Shown: positions 11,101 through 24,527, numbered from the stretch's first letter. The stretch is 64,000 nt of DNA from Gracilinanus agilis (GCF_016433145.1 NC_058133.1:484435659-484499658); one strand, 5' to 3'. Numbers and translations are program-made. The notes: generated by a model from the sequence alone, not told the origin.

Positions 11101-12976
11101 CTTCATTTCATCTGGCCCTAAACTGTCTCCTTCTTCTTCCTTTCTGGCTCAATCAGTGCTGAGGCATCTCTGTGAGCTCTTACAGCTCATGCAGATAAAG
11201 AAATGAGGCCCAGGAAAGGCCACTTGTCCACGCTCACAAAGCCACTGGTGACCAGAAAGCTGTCATGGGCAGCCAAGGGTCTGGGGTCCTTCCCGTGGCC
11301 CCTCGGCTGCTTTTCTCAATGTTGTCCTTCTGTCTTCCAAACTCTTAAAGACACATGGCATCATCTGTGCCCACACATGTTCCCATTCGGCAGCTCGCCA
11401 CAGGGACAATGACACTCTCCTGACTTGTTCTCAGCTACCGGTCTAGGATGTTCACCAAAGCCGGGAAACAGTCCTCCTAGTCTGGAAAGTCCACTGAAAA
11501 CCATTCATTCCAGTGGTGGAGCGGAAGAAAGGAAGTGGACCGGAGCTTTGGATCAGAGTAGATAGACTCCTTACACAGCAGGGGAGAGCACTCACCTCTT
11601 TCACAAAGTTGTGGTTATTTCTACTTTCCTGTTGACAAGAAAGGATGTGAACATAAAAAAGACTCATCGATTTCAAGAGTTTCCTTCTAAGTTCGTAATT
11701 CTAACTTTGCCTTGAGAGTCTTCCTTCTAATGAATTAGTGGCTCACTGGAACAAGGCATACTATGGCAAGCATTTTTTTTTTAAAGTAAAGCCACAAAAT
11801 GGCAAATATTTTTGGCTGAATATACTTTTGAATATTTCGTGTCTGTATTTTCTGTTGATTCAAGAATTGCCAAGAATGTTTTCTTCCAGGAAAATCAACT
11901 TTTTATTAGTCACAATACTAGGAATAGCCTAGCTAATCCAACATTTAGCTCAAGTTAATAGACATAAAAAGACTTCTCCAAAAGTTCCACCAAAGTTGAT
12001 GAAAGAATCTCATAAAACTGGGGCAGGCCCCCTCAGAAGATCACTTTTTTGAGCAACTCTGGGCAAGCTGTGGAACTTCTTTAGGCCTTGACTTCCCTGG
12101 CTGAAAAATGAAGGAATGAGATCCCTGTTGGCTTTCTCTAGGTTGCTATGAAAGTGGGTGTATTCCAGTTGGGTCTCCATAGATTTGGACAAAGAGAGAA
12201 GAAATTAGATAGCCAAGGGCCAGGGAACATGAGAAGTAGCTAGGACAGAGAAGCTGGAGGAGTAGGAGCAGTGAGGCATTTCAATAGGAAAGAGAAGTCG
12301 GGCTCCAGATGGTGGAAGCCCCTGGGCTTCCTTTGACATGTCATGGGTGCCCCTTCCCTCTGTTATTCTGTACTGACCTTCTGGGGGCCTATTTATGTCC
12401 ATTTTGTTTCCCCCTTTCAAATGTAAACTCTTAGAGGGCCAGAGCCCTTCTTTCTGTTCCCAAAGCTGAACACTGGTCTTAGCACATAGGAAGTGCTTAA
12501 TAAATAAATGCTAGGTGACTAGTTCACTGACTGATGATTCCCCTGTCTGAGGCCCAGAGCAGTCAAGGTTGATGCTAAGGCCTGTTTCTCCATCTGTTAG
12601 ATGTGGGGGTTCGATTAGATAACCCCCAATTTCTACCTCCCGGGGTAGCCCAGCATACGTGGGAGACACAGCTTGAGGCCACTGCCACAGTCTGCGTATT
12701 AAGTCAGCTAGAGGCCCTCAATGAGAACGAAGGGAAGAGCTGTGAGGAACACCGAAAAGGAAGAAGCAGACAGCACTAGGGGGGCTGTCAGCATGCTTAA
12801 GGAGAAGAAAGCACCAAGTATGCTGTGGCTGGAAGCTCGAATGAACAAGTATAGGATCATATAATCCTCACTCTGGAGGAGGGACTTCAGAATTCCCTTT
12901 TAGTCTACCTCCCTCATTTCATGGAGGAGGATCAGTGATTTTTGCCTGAAGTTATACCAGGAGGAAGAAGACCATC

Positions 12977-12977
<1 letters not shown>

Positions 12978-13022
<45 letters not shown>
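12978..13022. repeat. (GAT)n trinucleotide microsatellite
   Basis: Uninterrupted gatgatgat run. Confidence 0.95.
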
Positions 13023-14677
13023 AACCATACACTTTTTTTTTTACATTTTAAGGTTTGCCATGTACTTTTACATATAATCTCACTGGAGTTTCATCACCAC
13101 CCTGTGAGGTAGGTACTACAGCTTTTATCAATCCCATTTAATAGATGAGGCAAAAAGTTGAATAACTTGCCCTTGATTCTACAATTATTAAGTATCAGAA
13201 ATAGGATTTGAACTTCTGTTGTCTTTCTGACTATACTGGAAAGATGTTGATACCATTAATAGAAATAGGGAAGTCAGGAAAGGAAGTCAGCTTTGGGTAG
13301 AAATTTGAGAAGCTTTAAATACTTTAAATGTAAGATAACAGCAGTGCATCAAAGCAACAGGAAGCTGGAAATGTGGGATAAAAGCTCTAGGAGGTAGGTC
13401 AGAAGTCAATAAACATTTACTAAATACCTACTATGTGCCAGGCACTGTACTAAGTGTTGAGGACTATGAAGGCAGAGATATACGATACATCTCCACAGGA
13501 AAAGAGATTATAGAAAGAGTAGACCGAAAGGGGGCTAGAAAGAGGTATTATCAAAAAAGAGAAAGGGAACGGTCAGAGAAGGTGAGAGCTAAGATGCTAC
13601 AGCATTCCTGAAAACCAAAAAAAACACCAAACATCCGAGATTGTGTGAAGAGGCACAGGCTATCTGTCCAAACGGCAGATCATGGATTATTAAAAGCATA
13701 GTCAGTCAGTCATACAAGTCTTTCCTTGGGGCAGATAGCCAGGTCTGGAGTTGGGAGGACCTGGGATCAAATATGGCCTTGGACACTTCTTAGCTGTGTG
13801 ACGGGGAGGGAGGAAAGAACCAGAGAAGGAAGGAAGGAAGGGAAAGAAAGGAAGAAAAATTTGCTCCTCTTTGATGGACTTAAATATAATCTTGTTATTC
13901 TAAGACATTTCTAAATAAAACAAGGCAATATGAACATATTCAGCCTTTCAGTAGAAAGCCTAAAAGTGATTGCTAAATGAGTCTTTTGGATGAGCCAGTA
14001 TCATAGAGAAGAAAAGTTGAAGCCCTCAGAGATGGATCACCAATGTTGACTGCTACAGAGAGGGGAAGGAGAATGAGAGCAAAGGACAGCACCCGTCCAA
14101 TCAGTGATTAGATGGATACTCTGGGTGCTTCAGAGGGTAGAACAGGTAAACCCCATATTGCAAGTGGGGGTAGTAGTCATTGAACACTGAGGAATTTGGC
14201 AGCAAAATGTAAAAGAAAAAGGTAGCTGCATTAAACAAGGGGCAGGCAGTTTACTTGAACTATTTGAAAGTCAGGGAACCTTATGCCAACAGTCTGCAGC
14301 AGGAATGAACGGCTGGTCCCAGAATAATGAAGCAGACTCTGCATTTGTTTTCTGTGTATTGCAACACTTTAAGGTTCCGCCATTTCCGAGGCTTGAGTAA
14401 CCCTTTCACTGCTGTGAATCTTGACCCTTCTGAGACTCCTTAAATCACTTTCATGAAACTAAGTATACCACCATGTAGTCAACTTGACAGTGGGTCTACC
14501 CACATACTGGTCCTCAATAAATGGCATGCAGTTCCTCACTGACATTTCCCTGTATCATCTCTAAATAGAGAAAGTAAACAAAAGCCCAAATATAACCTAC
14601 AAAATGATAGCTAACTCTCCCTTTGTTTTCTTTTACAGTGGGGAAAAAATCAGCTTGTTATGATTTAGGCTTTTGAA

Positions 14678-16120
14678 ATGGATCTCAAGCATTTCATCAT
14701 AATGTTCCTCTGTGGCTACTTGAAAATCCCAAATCTAGCAAAAACCCAGGCATACTCCACAGCCTCACCTCTGACTAGTCCTTTTAAATCATCAGTGTTG
14801 GATACAACAGCTAATTTTGGAAAAGGAATAGAGAAGCCTCTCAATCAACAACCCATCAACACTCCATCAGCACAACCACCACCATCACCGACCTCCAGCC
14901 CTCGTGGGCAACCACCACTGCCAACTGTTCTTGACACCTCTGGACAGCCACCATTGTCATTGATCCCTACGACTTCTGGTCAAACACCAGTGCCACCTGT
15001 CCTCAAGTCCACCATTCAACCAACGGCATCACCTGCCCACAATCCCACCAGGCAACCGCCAGGACCACCTGTCCCCAGCTTCTCTGGGCAACCACCAGCA
15101 TCACCCATCCCAAATTCCTTCAGTCAATCACCAAGACCACATGTTCACTACTCCCTCAGTCAATCACCAGAAACTCCTGTCTCTAATTCCACTAGACAAT
15201 CACCAGAATCATCAGTCCCTAATTCCACCAGACAACCATCAGTAGCACCAGTCCCTAGCTTCTCCAAGAAACCACCAGAATCCTCTGTCCCTAGCTCTAA
15301 TAAGCAATCGGCATCAATAGTTGTAACCCCAGGATTCATTGAAGAAGAGAATAATGATCCCATCAAAAAAAAACCTCCAAGCTCTTCTGCCAGTTCAATA
15401 GCTGGGGTGTTAATTGGCACAATTCTGACTTTTATGATAGTAGCTATAGTTGTGATTGTACTCTGGAAATGCTTCAGAAAACCAATCCTCCATGATCAAA
15501 ACTGGGCTGGCCGGTCTCCCTTTGCTGATGGAGAAACTCCTGATTTGTGTGTGGACTACAGCAGAGAAAACAGAAAATCCATAAAACGTTCATCAATTGT
15601 TTCACTTGAGATCTGGAAACCAAACAAAAGTATGCTCTTAGCAGATGATTTGGATGTCAAATTATTTGAATCGAGTGAAAATCTTGAGGAGTGTCCTAAG
15701 TCTGACACAGAGAAAATGAAAGACCCACCAAATGGCATATCAGAGGACAGTACTGACAGATCAACCATTGGCACCGCCATTTCTTCTTCAGAGGAGACAG
15801 AATTGAATCCAGCTCCAGCTCTTCCTGCTTTAGAAGAGCCAGGAAATCAGAATCCTGACTCATCTAACATGCCTCTAAGTGATTTCTCTCATCTACCACC
15901 TCCTGTGGACAGTCTCGATTCCGAGGTCAGGCCTCCTCTCCCTGACTCGTTTACACTGCCCCCACCTCCAGAAGACCTTCTCAACAGTCAGGAGGAATAC
16001 AGCACAAAATCCCCTAATTCAGTTTCATCAACATTAGAGACCCAGTTCCCTATTCCGCCTGACTCTAGCCAACAAGCGTTGGATGAATCGCTGCCACCAC
16101 CACCCACAGAATTATTGTGA
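14678..16120 (+). CDS. EVI2B: EVI2B (CD361), mucin-like type I membrane protein, 480 aa, single coding exon
   Basis: MDLKHFIIMFLCG signal; Pro/Ser/Thr-rich ectodomain; TM SIAGVLIGTILTFMIVAIVVIVLWKC; tail QNWAGRSPFADGETPD, LLADDLDVKLFESSEN and C-terminal ESLPPPPTELL match EVI2B. Acceptor ttgttttcttttacag ends at 14638. Confidence 0.98.
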   Translation: MDLKHFIIMFLCGYLKIPNLAKTQAYSTASPLTSPFKSSVLDTTANFGKGIEKPLNQQPINTPSAQPPPSPTSSPRGQPPLPTVLDTSGQPPLSLIPTTSGQTPVPPVLKSTIQPTASPAHNPTRQPPGPPVPSFSGQPPASPIPNSFSQSPRPHVHYSLSQSPETPVSNSTRQSPESSVPNSTRQPSVAPVPSFSKKPPESSVPSSNKQSASIVVTPGFIEEENNDPIKKKPPSSSASSIAGVLIGTILTFMIVAIVVIVLWKCFRKPILHDQNWAGRSPFADGETPDLCVDYSRENRKSIKRSSIVSLEIWKPNKSMLLADDLDVKLFESSENLEECPKSDTEKMKDPPNGISEDSTDRSTIGTAISSSEETELNPAPALPALEEPGNQNPDSSNMPLSDFSHLPPPVDSLDSEVRPPLPDSFTLPPPPEDLLNSQEEYSTKSPNSVSSTLETQFPIPPDSSQQALDESLPPPPTELL

Positions 16121-16159
16121 ATGATCAGTTTGCTGATTTGAAGACTTTTGAAAAAAGAC

Positions 16160-16325
16160 AAGAGACAGGGAGGTCCTGGATTCAAATGTGGCCTCAGACA
16201 CTTCCTAGCTGTGTAACCTTGGGCAAGTCACCTAACCCCAATTGCCTAGCTCTTACTGCTCTTCTGCCTTGGAACCAATACTTCATGCCTCTTTTAAGAC
16301 ACAAAGTAAGAGTTTAAAATAAGAA
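16160..16325 (+). mobile_element. 5'-truncated SINE in the EVI2B 3'UTR
   Basis: B-box, CORE and tail begin about 40 nt after the EVI2B stop. Confidence 0.85.
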
Positions 16326-16972
16326 AGTAAAAAGACTAACTTTACTATTTCCCCTTCAATGATGGGAAAATTAAACTGCCATCCAATTTAGATTTCCACA
16401 CAATTTGCTTAACATTCATTTTTGTTCATGTAAATATTAACAAGTGCTACCCATAGAGTAGAAATTATTTTCTGATACTTGACTATTTGCTGAGTTCAGC
16501 AGAGTATCTACCTGTTAAGTTTCAAAGCATAGGAAAAAAAAATCTGTTTAAAGTTTTAATAGATAGCTCTCTGTTCAGGAGTTTTACATGATAGTGGTCT
16601 TCTTACTTAAAAGAGGACTTATAACAAGGTGTTGTATTGAATTTCTCAAAAGTTACAATCTTTAAAATGGCATCACTCTCTAAGATGTTTCTTCAATTTA
16701 ATTAAACTATTTTAAATGTAGTGTCTGTCTTCAGTTACTTAGTAATTTCAGAAATTCCTAATATTTCTCAAATAGAGGGCATCTCTCATTATTAAAATGA
16801 GTTTATGAAAGGATGAAAGGAAATGTAATTTATGTAAAACAATATTACTTTCTTACTACTTACCACCAGAATTTCAGAGATGCGTCCCTAAAGAGGAGGG
16901 GGAAATACTGCATCCCTCATGTTAAAAACAAAACAAAACAAAACAAAAAACCCTTTTTATTTAGAAAATGTG

Positions 16973-17135
16973 GGGGGCAGCTGGGTGGCTCAGTAGATTG
17001 AGGCCCAGAGATGGGAGGTCCTGGGTTCAAATTTGGCCTCAGATACTTCTTAGTTGTGTGACCCTGGGCAAGTCCCTTGACCCCCATTGCCTTGCCCTTA
17101 CTGCTCCTTCTGTCTTAGAACCAATACACACATAC
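16973..17135 (+). mobile_element. SINE
   Basis: GGGGGGCAGCTGGGTGGCTCAGT head, B-box, CORE, partial tail. Confidence 0.85.
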
Positions 17136-18134
17136 TGAGTCAAAACAATGTTAAAAATGCAGTCAAGTTCCACCAAAATGCTCTGTCTCATGTCATTGGG
17201 AAAATGCTTGGGTCCTTCTGGCAAAACAAAAACAAAAAATGAATTTAATGATATTAGTTGTCTTAACTTTTTGACATGTTTGGATCATCTGAATAAGTCA
17301 TTAATGCTTCTCAAAAATCTCAGGATATGGTCATAATTTGGGTCATTTCCCAAGAATGGCAAGTAACTCAACACAGGCCAACTCTTACAGTAAGTGCTTT
17401 GGAGGCTGGGCCTCTGAGTACTGGTGGTCCACTTACTAGCTCCTAGAACCCGTAACATTGAACAACACTTGTCCTGACCTCACACAGTGATTGGCTTTGA
17501 GAAAAACATTTGGTAACCCTAAAAACTCTACAGAAATGAAAAGTTATTGGTGTTCTTGCCATTAACTCTGAATTTGGCAGGTACTTCCCATGAGACTCTA
17601 CTGACTCCAACCACATAAACATCACCAGGATGTTCAAAGCTGAGTCATAATATCCTGTTTCACATATAGAATAGGAGTGAGTTGGAAAGAATCACCCAAA
17701 GAATCATGACCCCGCTCAGTTCCTATTTTCTTCTCCATACCTGTGGCAGATGAAACAACAGACCATCACAAACTAGGTCATGTTGTCTGTAGTAGTCATG
17801 AATATGTATTTTGTTTCAATTCCTCAATTAAGTCCTAAGGTGGCAAAGACTTTGGGTCAAGGACTGAATTAAGTGAATTGTTTTGTTCTAAAGGAAAATC
17901 TACCTTCATATTAACAGAAAGATCATCTAAAGTTTATTTCCACAAAATGCCTCCCATAACAACAACACAAAAACATTAGCTGCTCTTAGTGGTTACTCTC
18001 ATCAATGATTTCTTTTTCAAAATTTCAGCACCATCTGCTTCTGTGATGGAAGTCTCCCAGTCACTTTAATGTTACACAAATCATCACTGCCTTTCAATCT
18101 TGCTGAATAACATTACTAAAAATGTCGATTTCGG

Positions 18135-18329
18135 GTACATCTGGGTGGCTCGGTGAATTGAGAGTCAGGCCCAGAGACAGCAGGTCCTGGGTTCAAATCT
18201 GACCCCAGACACTTCCCAGCTGTGTGACCCTGGGCAAGTCACTTAACCCCCATTGCCTAGCTCTTACTGCTCTTCTGCCTTAGAAGCAATACATAGTATT
18301 GATTCTAAGAGGGAAGGTAAAAAAAAAAG
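18135..18329 (+). mobile_element. SINE
   Basis: Head, B-box, CORE, tail and A-run. Confidence 0.85.
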
Positions 18330-19239
18330 TTGTCAATTTTAGGTTTTTCCATCTATCTTGCATCTTATTTACATTTCAAATCCTCAGATTGGCCATCAAC
18401 ATGCATACTCATGGTAGTCAACAGTATTGTAGGTGGGATCTTTCATCAACTATATTAAAAATCTTTCCTATTTTAGGTCTGTATTACTGAAGCCAATTAG
18501 CTTAAGAGTAATCAAAGGCATTAAAAAAAACTCTTCCCTGTAAGGAATCCAAGGAGAAAAAAGCTCTCAACCATTTCTTTCTGGATCTATCTTAATACTT
18601 AAACTTTAGATTTCCTAATTTTACATGTAAGCTAGTTGTTTTTTGTTTTTCCTTTTGCATATTTGATATTTCGTTTACTTCTCCCTTTTCCCTAGTAATT
18701 TAGGACAGATGGGGGACAGACAACTGCAATATAAATTCTGAATAGTAAAGGTAGGAGCTGGTGCTGGCTTTTGCAAGACTGAGACTTTATCCACTTCTAT
18801 CCTGTAAAACTGGATTTGGTGAAGGAAATTTTATAAGAATTCATAGCCAAAAAAAAGCTTTATTCTTGCTGCAGACATTTTCCCATCCTGAGTCCAATAG
18901 AGGAGGGGATCAGCCAAAGCAAAAGTATTTGTTCAAATCAGCAAAAATAAATGCAGGCAAATTAAAAGTAAGAGAGGGCATAAGCAAAGGCAGGCAGGAT
19001 GAATGGAAAACCCAGAGAAACAAAATTAGAGATGCAAGATCCACAGGATAAAGTTTATTTTAGTAACATGGCAAAAAGGAGATGATTCAAGTACCACATG
19101 ACTAGAAGATGAATCAACATGACAACCAGCGGCAGGCTGCTCCCAGGGGTCTAAATTAGATTTGAGCCACAGCACAGAAGATCTGAATCCTCTGGCAAGC
19201 TAAGCTAAGTGAGGTTGGCCTGCACAGAGTCATGACTTA

Positions 19240-19900
19240 TCAGTCCTACCTCCATGATCTCTTTCAATCCCACCCCTTCGATCACTTCTGCAGTCACCAT
19301 GCCATCCTAATTCAGGCGCTCATTATTTCCTGTCTAGGCTTTTCCTTATTGGCACCCTTGCCTCAGTTATCTCTCCTCTAGCCCATCCTCTGCATTACTG
19401 TCAGCAACATTTCTAAAACACAGGTTTGGCTTTGTACTGCCCTGCTTGAAAAGCTCCAGTGGCTCCCCATTTCCTCTGGGGTCTAATACCAACTCCCATG
19501 CCTGGCATTCCAGGTCCTTTAACACCTGGTTTAAAGCTTTCCTTCATGTCCAACAGGTCATCCATCCTCGGTGCCTGGAATGCCTCTCTGCCCCTCTCCC
19601 TGACAGCTTCTGTTATCTTAGCCATTTCTACAGCTGAGAAGCCCCAGTGCTCTTCCACATTCAGCTCCCCTGCTACTTCCCACAGGAGTCCTGTCTGAGC
19701 CCTCCCGATCCCTTGAGCTGCCAGGACCCACCATATAGACACATTGGATTTACTCAGCTAGATGTGTCTCGTTCTCCCTAAGAGAAACCAAGTACCTAAT
19801 TGTCACAGGGACAATTTCCTTTTCTCTCTGTATGTATCCCCATTGCTTAATTATTTCAGGGCCTGGCAGAGTCACATTTAATAAATGCTTGTTCATTAAC
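19240..19900 (+). mobile_element. L2 LINE fragment
   Basis: Pyrimidine-rich L2 3' region (AAAAGCTCCAGTGGCTCCCCAT...GGCATTCCAGG) ending ATAAATGCTTGTTCATTAACTGAA. Confidence 0.6.
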
Positions 19901-21569
19901 TGAACTATGTACCAAATGGTAATGTAGGTATCTGTGCTTTCAAATAGAATAGGCATGATTCACAGGAAAAATGAGGAACTTTCATTTCCTCTCCTGGCTG
20001 GGGAAATCCAACATAAAGAAAGGCTCAGATCCGGGCATTTTGATTTACTAACTTAAGCCAAGTCACTTAACCTCTCTGGTTTCAGTTTCCTCAATGGTAA
20101 GCATCACAGAACCATAGATTTCAACCTGAGAGGTCCCTACAGATCTCTCCTTCCTCCCAACCAGAGAACCATTTTTATTACAAAGAATTTTTTTTAAAAA
20201 GAAAGATGAAGTATAGCTCAGCAAAAACTAACCTATACATCAAGTTAAGTCTGACATGATATGCTGCCTTCCACGTCCACAGACTCCAGCTTCTACCAAG
20301 TGGGGTGGGGTGGGGAATGCATTTTTCTGTCTCCTTAGCAAGCACACTTGGGTCAGTTCTTTTAATACCCGAGTATAAGGTTTCTTTTTGACAAGTCTTG
20401 CAAGCTGCCTGGCAAATACTTTCTTAGCTGCCTAGAGTGGGCTACCATCTCTTAACTGGCAATCTATCATCCCTGTATTTTGAGCTTTGGGCCAAAGGCC
20501 CAAGTTCTCCTCACGGACACCCTCCTTTCCTTTTCCTTCTTGAGTTTTCTTCAACTTCTACTCCCTCGTTCTCTCTGATCCTCCAAAAACCTTCCTTGGT
20601 TCTTTTATTTGTCTTTGATCATCCTCTTTCACTTTCAGAAGTAGAATATAAGCTATTCTCTAGTTCTGAAGATTTTTCTACTGCAGACTTCTCTCCATTA
20701 TCTTCAAATTCCCCTCTCCAAGAGGATCTCTGATTGACTTCACTAGTCTGGCCCTTCTGCTGAATAAGTCCTTCTCTCTTTCCCTGTTCTTTCCCAAAAC
20801 AACCGCCTCCCATGGAAGCCAGAAATCAAATACCCAAGATACACTGGTAACTGACACAACTATATGTGTGAGACTCTGCCCAGTAGATAACATGAAGTCT
20901 TCAAAGAAGAAAAACAAACCGCTCACAATCATTGCTAGCATTTATACAGAGCTTTAAAGTATGCAAAGGAGTTCACATCAGTCAGTCAGTAGTTAACAAA
21001 CATTTATTAAATGTGATGGGCACTGGGAAAAGTCCCAAAGGAAGACAAAAAATCAGTCTCTATCCTCAAGGAACTCACCATCTTAACCAGTTTTTTAAAA
21101 TATGCTTTTTTTTGTTTGTTTCTGAGATATTTGCATTACATTAAAAAAAGCTCAAGATGTCCTGAAAAATCACAGAACCACAGTTAGAAAGCAGTATGTT
21201 AAATACAGGATGCCCCCAAGGACTTGGTGCAGCTTTAAATTGCATTAAGCTTGAAACTACATTGAGATTTTGGGGACACCTTCTATGACTATTATAGCAA
21301 GAAAAACTAGGTGCCTCTCTAGCATCTATGTAGATATTTCTGAATGAAATGTTTTTCAGCAAATTACTTTGAAGCTAGCATAATCAATTACCACTTAAAG
21401 AACTCTTAAGAGTCAAAAGACAGAGTATTTAATTCCAATCCTCTTTTGATCGTGCCAATCAATAAAACAGTTCTAATGTTACTGATTTGAAAACAGAGCT
21501 CCAGGAATATCAGCTTTTTACAACAGATGAATCAGCATAATTTCCTTTTGTCGAAAATGATACCCCTAG

Positions 21570-21760
21570 AGCAACAAGGTGGTTCAAGCAGATACAGAGC
21601 CAGGCCTAGAGAGGGAGGTCCTGGGTTCCAATCTGACCTCATATATTTCCTTGCTGTAAGACATTGGTCAAGTTACTTAACCCCCAGTGCCTAGTCCTTA
21701 GTGCTCTTCTGCCTTGGAACCAATACTTAGTATTGACTCTAAGAAAGAAAGGGTTTTAAA
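21570..21760 (+). mobile_element. Diverged SINE
   Basis: B-box/CORE and CAATACTTAGTATTGACTC tail. Confidence 0.8.
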
Positions 21761-21929
21761 AGAATCAACAAAAAAGAAAGAAAGAAAACGATAGCCTGCA
21801 CCATTTCATATTTATTTTAGGGTACATTGTAAAAGTTTAGATTACAACTCATCTTAACTGCAGCTAAAATTCAAAATACTGGCTAGTGAAAAAAACTTAA
21901 GAATAGAGACGCTTTCCTCATTAGCTTGG

Positions 21930-22440
21930 CCTAAAGGAGTGTTGTCTACATATCTGATGTTCTAATAGTTAATGACTGTTTAATGGAACTGATATGGTGG
22001 TCACGATGCAAATCTCTACTTATAATGCAAAGTGAAGTGAGAAGAACCACAAAAACAGTGTATATAATAGTAACAGAAACATTGAACAATGATCAACTGT
22101 GAAGGACTAAACCATTATAGCAAAACAAGGTGCCAAGATAAGTCCAAAAGATTCAGGATAAAAAAGTGCTCTCCACAGCTGAAAAAGGAACTCTTGGAAA
22201 CCGATTACAGATCAAAGCATGCCATCTTCCATTTTCTTTCCTCCATGAAATTTTTATTTTATGTGTGATACATATCTTCTGTCACAACATGAGCAACTGT
22301 ATAAAAGCACTAGTATAATCTATATCAGATGATTACTGCTAGGAGGAGGGGGAAAATAATCAGCATCACAAATGTCATAACCCAATTGTCAGAAAATGTT
22401 TCTACATGTAATTTAAAAAAAAGTTTTAAGTTTAAAAAAA
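21930..22440 (+). mobile_element. L1 3' end fragment
   Basis: ATGCAAAGTGAAGTGAGAAGAACC and ATGATCAACTGTGAAGGACTAAAC motifs shared with the L1 at 32.4 kb; A-rich end. Confidence 0.7.
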
Positions 22441-24289
22441 GAGAAAGAAAAAAATGTGTACTTATATCTGGTGGCTAATTTTGTGATTATCAATATATAC
22501 TAATGAACAAATTTAAGAGAAAACAGAAGTAGCAGTCATAATACAGATCTCATGACAAAGTACCTACAGCAAATAGCATCAAGTATTCAGCTTCACAAAT
22601 TTAGTTTATATCTGAAAGCTAAATCAAAATTTTAAAAGGAGTCATTTTTTTAGCTTTTAGAAAAAAAAGGTAAAATAAAAGGGCAGGGTGGTTCTTTACC
22701 ATACACTGCATGGTTCCACAACATAAAATCAAGACAAATAAGCTCCTCTCTACGAGACTGAAGTATCCTCTAGAAAGGTTGAGATGAGGAGCTATGCATG
22801 TCCATTCTGATGAGTTATTTTATGAGCAACAACATATGGTGGAGAGGAAACGAAAAATTCTCCCTCTGCCTCTGTATATATCTATATCTATCCATCCATG
22901 ATCCATCCATATATGCATCCTGAAGTTCATTCCTCTACCCATGAACATGAAGAGTCTGAAACTACAATCAATAAGATGGTAGCAGAGAAGCCCAAGGAGC
23001 TCCTATGGAGATTTGTTCACTCAGGTCTGAACCCAGTCAGCACTAAGAAAAGCTCCCAATTGCTTTTTCAATAACTAAATGTGAAACATATTGAAGAACC
23101 CAAAACCACATTTGCTTTATTTTCTCCCTAAAAGAAAAAGAGGCAAAACAGTATCTACCCTAGCAGCTATCTAAGTAAATGTTCAGTTAGTCTATGTCCC
23201 AAAGGTCAATCACATCAAACAAAGACAAATCAAGGCTCCTCCAAATTCCATGGCCTTACCCACAGCCAGGAACTGTTTTGTCTCCAAGACTGAAAGGTCA
23301 TACCTACTGTAGTTAAATGAACAGAGTCCGAGCTGTTGAAACCGTGAATTTCCCAAAATTCTGGTAACTCATTCCAAAGCAGCAAAACACCCCCACAATA
23401 TCAGGAAAGGGGCACTTCAAGGAAAAGCATAATCCTTCTAAGTACTGGCAAATGTTCTTTTGTCTATCCAGAAGACCTGCCCATTCAAAAGGCAAATACA
23501 CAAGAAGCCATTTCAAAGAATTCTAGATTGAGAGCTGGAAGAGATCTCAGAACCTAACTAGTTTAACTGCCCTATTTTACAGATAAAGAGACCAAGGGCC
23601 AGAGAGGGCAAAGGACTTGTTCTGTATCATCCTAGAAGTAGGCAACAGAGACTAGATCTGTATCCAAACTTTCAAACTCAAAATCCAGTGCAATTTTCAC
23701 AATACCACATTGCTTCTACTTAACACATGCTTATTGTAATAATAATAAAAAAATGTTGCTTATAAAAAACACCATGCTTATCAGGACACAGGAGCTACTT
23801 GGGCTCTTATTCAAATGTGGCTCAGGCTGCTGAGGAGCAATTAGCTTGGGACAATTAATTATTTTTTCCTTATCTGGCAAAAATTTCTCTAGTAGGTACC
23901 TCTTAAATTTAGAAGACTAGAATGCTACAAAATTGTGTGTGTGTGTGTGAGTGAAATTAAAATTGGATTGAAATTCATAAAGCAAATTAATGCCAGAGCA
24001 GCAGAGAACAAGGTCATATATTCCCAAGCTAATTCAAGTGACATGCCTGAAGGAATGACAGGAACATCCAGACAAATGGATTGATTTTCCCAATAAATAT
24101 TACACGAAGAGGAAACCCCACATCCTCAAAGGGGCAGATGCATGAAAACAGTCCCCCTAACTGCACTCCCATTAGGGTGCCAGGTCAGGGTGCGAGGGTC
24201 AGAGCCCCCCAGCCCCCAACCCCCCACCGGCCTGCCTACCCCTAGGTAAGTGGCCATCTGAGCTGTGGTGAGGATGCAGCCTTGCAATC

Positions 24290-24527
24290 CATCAGAGTCA
24301 GCACCAGTGACAGTTCTGCAGTCCTCCAATGTGGTGCTGATCAGGTGTTGTCAGAGCCTGGCTCAGCTCACAGCGCCACAATGCAGCTGAGCAGGCTGAG
24401 CGGGGGAGCACAAGCCTCAGCGTCCTGCACACAGGCTGTCCCTGCTCTCCAGAACCCAGCGGGCGACCTTTGAGCTCCAGCCTTTCAGAGAGATGATGTG
24501 CTGAGGTGGAAGACAACCCTATCTGTG
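24290..24527 (+). other. OMG: Candidate non-coding exon 1 of OMG (5' boundary uncertain)
   Basis: GC-rich block ending at donor GTG|GTAAGC (24528), giving an 856-bp intron to the acceptor at 25383; OMG is known to have one 5'UTR intron. Confidence 0.5.

Noticed and set aside
14660-14668. ATG-ATT-TAG minimal uORF before the EVI2B start
   Set aside because: Real in sequence but in weak context, and may be excluded if the nearby TTTAG is the acceptor; no evidence of function.
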